39,940 nt of DNA from Candidatus Omnitrophota bacterium. GTDB lineage: Bacteria; Omnitrophota; Omnitrophia; Omnitrophales; Omnitrophaceae. The notes beneath the pieces are model-generated. The model was not told where the DNA came from. It searched no databases and saw only the letters and a list, made by a program, of their open reading frames with translations. The stretch lies in assembly GCA_016209715.1 (NCBI GenBank), contig JACQVP010000063.1, positions 1 through 39,940 of the forward strand. Reading direction: 5' to 3'. Both the position numbers and the translations under genes were made by a program. Below are positions 37,601-39,940 of the stretch, piece by piece; position 1 is the first letter of the stretch; each line of letters begins with the position of its first letter.

Positions 37601-38183
37601 ATTCGGAGCTCAGGGGGTCGGCAGGCGTGGGCAGTGAAGGCGGCGTCTCGGGAGCCGGCTCATTGGGAATGCCGGTCACGTCTTCAGCGCTTTTCAACAA
37701 GTCGCTATAAGTGACGCGATCGGTGCTTTGGCTGTTTTTCATAGATTCGATCGCACCCGCGAGGGCTTCCCGCTGATAAGGATCGGCCGTCGCGGCCATT
37801 TGCTTTTCCAGCTGCTGAATTTGGTAATCGAAATATTGGCGGCGGGCGTTGAAAACCCGGTCTTCATATCCCGGAAAGACCGGCTGCTCAGACTCCCGGA
37901 AACCCTTCTGCAGGTTCTGATAATAAACCATCATCGATTGAATGGACTGACGTTCCTCGGGGGTGCGGGCCGCCGCCAGCCTCTGCTCGAGCTGATCGAG
38001 CTGGCCCTGCATTTTTTCGTTTAACGCCGCGGACTGGTCGGAAGAAGGCGGTTCCTGTTTCTTTTCTTCCGGGTTATCGGAGGCCCCGCCGAGGATGTCG
38101 GCCAAACCGGCTTGCAGGGAAACCGGAAGGAGCAAAAGCATCGTCAAAAGGAGGAGGCCCGCTGAAGGGGCGGGTTTGGTCAT
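34656..38183 (-). CDS. Large secreted protein with beta-hairpin repeats, coiled coil and C-terminal HExxH domain
   Basis: Signal peptide ending LQA; ~11-aa T/D/G repeats; E/R/A-rich coil; IVHEYAH...NEVRAH. Confidence 0.75.
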   Translation of the reverse strand: MTKPAPSAGLLLLTMLLLLPVSLQAGLADILGGASDNPEEKKQEPPSSDQSAALNEKMQGQLDQLEQRLAAARTPEERQSIQSMMVYYQNLQKGFRESEQPVFPGYEDRVFNARRQYFDYQIQQLEKQMAATADPYQREALAGAIESMKNSQSTDRVTYSDLLKSAEDVTGIPNEPAPETPPSLPTPADPLSSESPEDLPEEGPEEKEKGPEGKSEWTDEQGNQHTVERDADGNKIETTEYKDGRVERVETRADGTVIETSSSPEAGTTVKTTRTGEDGRRIETTELPDGARRTVTTDPATGETVTEFEESGSGSGGSITEQRDSQGRLVSRTRTDSFGNPTITETDDQGRTVEARVDPWQHTTVTEFDRDGYGTERVYDPDGNLVSEKRVLVENRADDMGNTVRTTRYDEGPARELVLDQNGDVLERREAEGREIEPGRHLFEEQKRELGLRQNWEDLSDRDREQYRRDQEFIDQNRESRERLEAQREKDQARREASLDKLGEDERVRQEAERGKLEAIRQEQAERQAALDAEKAAAEQAAADAREKGSRARAQEEQERRRQAEFDRRWEEADPQTPQEVRQFEMDMIQEEMHKRRDYYRRVIETGAIASTDENGNATKIPATPEQLQDARRRVQLADNLDQMLKVDGANHLAQLHTAREYSKLMGGSFERGNTGRDEPLAQAAKRSFDMSDLAGARGESDDLLRRAENDALRRAGIATREDVQSGILAGSKEIAYGMTDWFSSMNPADPLMTLAFQQDMSGADMGRELTVGEAVYEAGASAAGELVFGGLAGRVLPGADDFVGTGRTASGGAANPDPAVGQLKRIDAPDGPPAVSAKMRPTIEYPAGTKTTPRLGRKTEITEAPKPPAAAPKAVDLDDADVPEDRTKRVPAPVGKDILQKDLKEVGRLRKEWMSTPQAQREAFDAQVHKALQDAAGQGDKWARRVLDDLKSQDAGRKFDYFYEPALKGYGVADGNFKKNYVQVNPYDPGTAKLRSPESVASSIVHEYAHTYKGEKSWAAQNKPGFKGPETKGRLNEVRAHLAESIFQRNLKEARRQSGQAFDDTRFRELDGMLRSYPTKAAAGSVTRGRELTRNLQDNLAASEPYGERFSANPEVAAERISTYRGGSMQGIQERIRNTPPGPKRDALMKEIRQEGGNITPMEVAIDRAADAVE

Positions 38184-38252
38184 GGCAGAGGAGAATTATA
38201 AGCGAATTCCTCGGCGATGTACAGGACAAGAGGAGCTGTTGGGACCGGCGCT

Positions 38253-38762
38253 TTAAGCGCCCTTGGATCGAAGGCTCTCCTCAAGATACGGAAGCAAATC
38301 GGTGTGATGGCCGATCATTTTCCATTCGCCGTTTTCTTTCCGGTAAACATTGGTGGCCCGGATAGAAACCTTTTGGAGATTCCCTTCCTGATCATAGTTT
38401 TCGCCGATCTCGGTACCGTAGGTCACCGCCATGTCTTCCCCCAGGGTCATCGCCATGTCAACGGGCGTGACCTTGCCGCCTAATTTCAGGGCCGCCTGCT
38501 CATCCCAAATGGCCGAAACCTTCTCCCAGCCCGTGATCAACCCGCCGCCGGGCCCCATGTACGCCACATCATCCGCGTGCGACCAGACCGCCTTCATCGG
38601 CTCGATCTCTCCGGTAAACATCGAGTTCAAAGCCGCGTAAAACCGCTCCGACGCCGCCAGCAGAGCTTCCTGATCCCCTTCGGCCGCATGAGCGGCGCTC
38701 ACAAATCCGAAGCCCATGCCGGCCACCATCAGTATGAACAACCCAGCCATCGCCTTTTTCAT
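38253..38762 (-). CDS. Secreted SnoaL/NTF2-like protein
   Basis: Signal peptide ending AHA; ERFYAAL, IRATNVYRKENGEWKMIGHH. Confidence 0.8.
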   Translation of the reverse strand: MKKAMAGLFILMVAGMGFGFVSAAHAAEGDQEALLAASERFYAALNSMFTGEIEPMKAVWSHADDVAYMGPGGGLITGWEKVSAIWDEQAALKLGGKVTPVDMAMTLGEDMAVTYGTEIGENYDQEGNLQKVSIRATNVYRKENGEWKMIGHHTDLLPYLEESLRSKGA

Positions 38763-38789
38763 ATGCCGTCCTTTCGCTGATTACGGTTG

Positions 38790-39239
38790 CTATGACGTTA
38801 CCCCGATGTCCTCATTCCAAAGCTCGGGCCTGGCGCGGATGAAGCCGCGCATAAGATTCTTACATTCCTCATTCTGCAGATTGGTGATCCTGACCCCGCG
38901 GCTTTCGGAGTAGCTCTCGGGGCCTTTGAAGGTCTCATTTTCCCCGATCACGACCTGAGGGATCTTATAAAGAAGGATAGTGCCCGTGCACATGTCGCAC
39001 GGTGAAAGCGTGGAATAGATCACGCACCTTTGATAATCCGCGGCTTTGAGGCGGCCCGCATTTTCCAGGCAATCCATTTCGGCGTGAAGGATCGCCGACT
39101 TATTCTGCACGCGGCGGTTGTGCCCCCTCCCGATAATTTCGCCGTCCCTCACCAGGACCGACCCGATCGGGATGCCGCCTTCGGCCAGCCCTTTGCGCGC
39201 TTCTTCCAGCGCGGCTTCCATGAAGCGCTCGTGAAACAT
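38790..39239 (-). CDS. Cytosine/nucleoside deaminase (Fcy1-like)
   Basis: EGGIPIGSVL, LHAEMDCLENAGR, STLSPCDMC, WNEDIG. Confidence 0.9.
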   Translation of the reverse strand: MFHERFMEAALEEARKGLAEGGIPIGSVLVRDGEIIGRGHNRRVQNKSAILHAEMDCLENAGRLKAADYQRCVIYSTLSPCDMCTGTILLYKIPQVVIGENETFKGPESYSESRGVRITNLQNEECKNLMRGFIRARPELWNEDIGVTS

Positions 39240-39274
39240 ATCACAACTTCGGCCGAATAGCCGGAAGCTTGAGC

Positions 39275-39724
39275 TTATTCGGCGGCGCGGGCCACACAGA
39301 GGCCGCGCGCGATCTTCGCGAGGCGGACGGCGTGCCGTTTCTTTCGCGCCACGATTTCTTCCATCAACCGGCGGGTCGCGGGGTCCCCCTTGCCGATCCG
39401 GCGCACCATGCCGCTATAGGAGCGAATGGCGCTCGTCTCCGCCGCGAAATCCGCCGCCACCATCTCCGCCGGGGACAGTTCCTGAGCCGATTCGAGATCG
39501 CTCCACATCACCAGGCTCTCCGAATCGACGCCGGGGTCCCCGCCGAGCTCGGCGATGCGGCGCGCGATACGGCCCGCGAAACACCGGTGCGCGTGCTCCA
39601 GAAATTCCTCCGTGAGCGCGGGATCGCTCATGCGGCGGGCCCGGAAATAATGCCTCTTATGCCGCAAAGCTCCCGTGATTTCCGTGACCAGAGCTTCCTT
39701 CAAAAAACGAAGATTCGCATTCAT
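39275..39724 (-). CDS. Ferritin-like protein with degenerate ferroxidase centre
   Basis: ALVTE...KRHYF, EFLEHA, RIAELGGDP, D..AE..AI..Y, DPATRRLMEEI; GGAGGAGG RBS. Confidence 0.7.
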   Translation of the reverse strand: MNANLRFLKEALVTEITGALRHKRHYFRARRMSDPALTEEFLEHAHRCFAGRIARRIAELGGDPGVDSESLVMWSDLESAQELSPAEMVAADFAAETSAIRSYSGMVRRIGKGDPATRRLMEEIVARKKRHAVRLAKIARGLCVARAAE

Positions 39725-39940
39725 GGCCAGAGCCCTCCTCCGGATTGAACTTCCCGGTCATGAAATAGTCTAAAAGGGGGCCCGGGCGGGCTTTATAGGG
39801 AGAATCCCTGAAAGAGAGTCAGGATTCGGCTTGAATCGTGAAAGCAAATTTTTTCAATTAGATTCGGTCTAGAAGATAATTTTACAAATCTGGTTAAGTT
39901 ATGAGGATAGATTTACAGGGTCAGCGGGAATGGACGGGAC

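Overview
GC-rich bacterial chromosomal window, mostly minus-strand. Left part (1-9.6 kb) is housekeeping: an HTH-less LacI-type protein, a CDP-alcohol phosphatidyltransferase, tlpA-like, ccdA, ruvA, ruvC, yebC, folP, ftsH, tilS and a tRNA(CAT). The rest is accessory: a secreted glycoamylase/GH144-like enzyme, an ABC ATPase, a YidE transporter, a PAS kinase/receiver pair, a short Rho, a Crp/Fnr regulator, stress genes, lemA with an htpX-like gene, a VWA protein and a secreted HExxH protein. The highlight is a 2634-aa secreted protein (18041-25945) built like a polyprotein. It has a signal peptide and a TIKI/EreA/ChaN-like metallohydrolase domain, then unrelated cargo modules (beta-grasp-like + HExxE; GNAT; M50 intramembrane protease with its own internal signal peptide; PP2C phosphatase + Ser/Thr kinase) and a C-terminal domain. 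Each of these module boundaries carries the motif [AG]-x-[SA]-L-G, which I found nowhere else in the protein, suggesting a self-processing multi-effector system. A perfect CRP box sits at class-II (-41.5) spacing from a predicted -10 in front of this gene, next to a Crp gene with a CRP-type RExxxR helix. The architecture recalls Omnitrophota giant proteins (inference only). All calls come from motif reading by eye; no searches were run.
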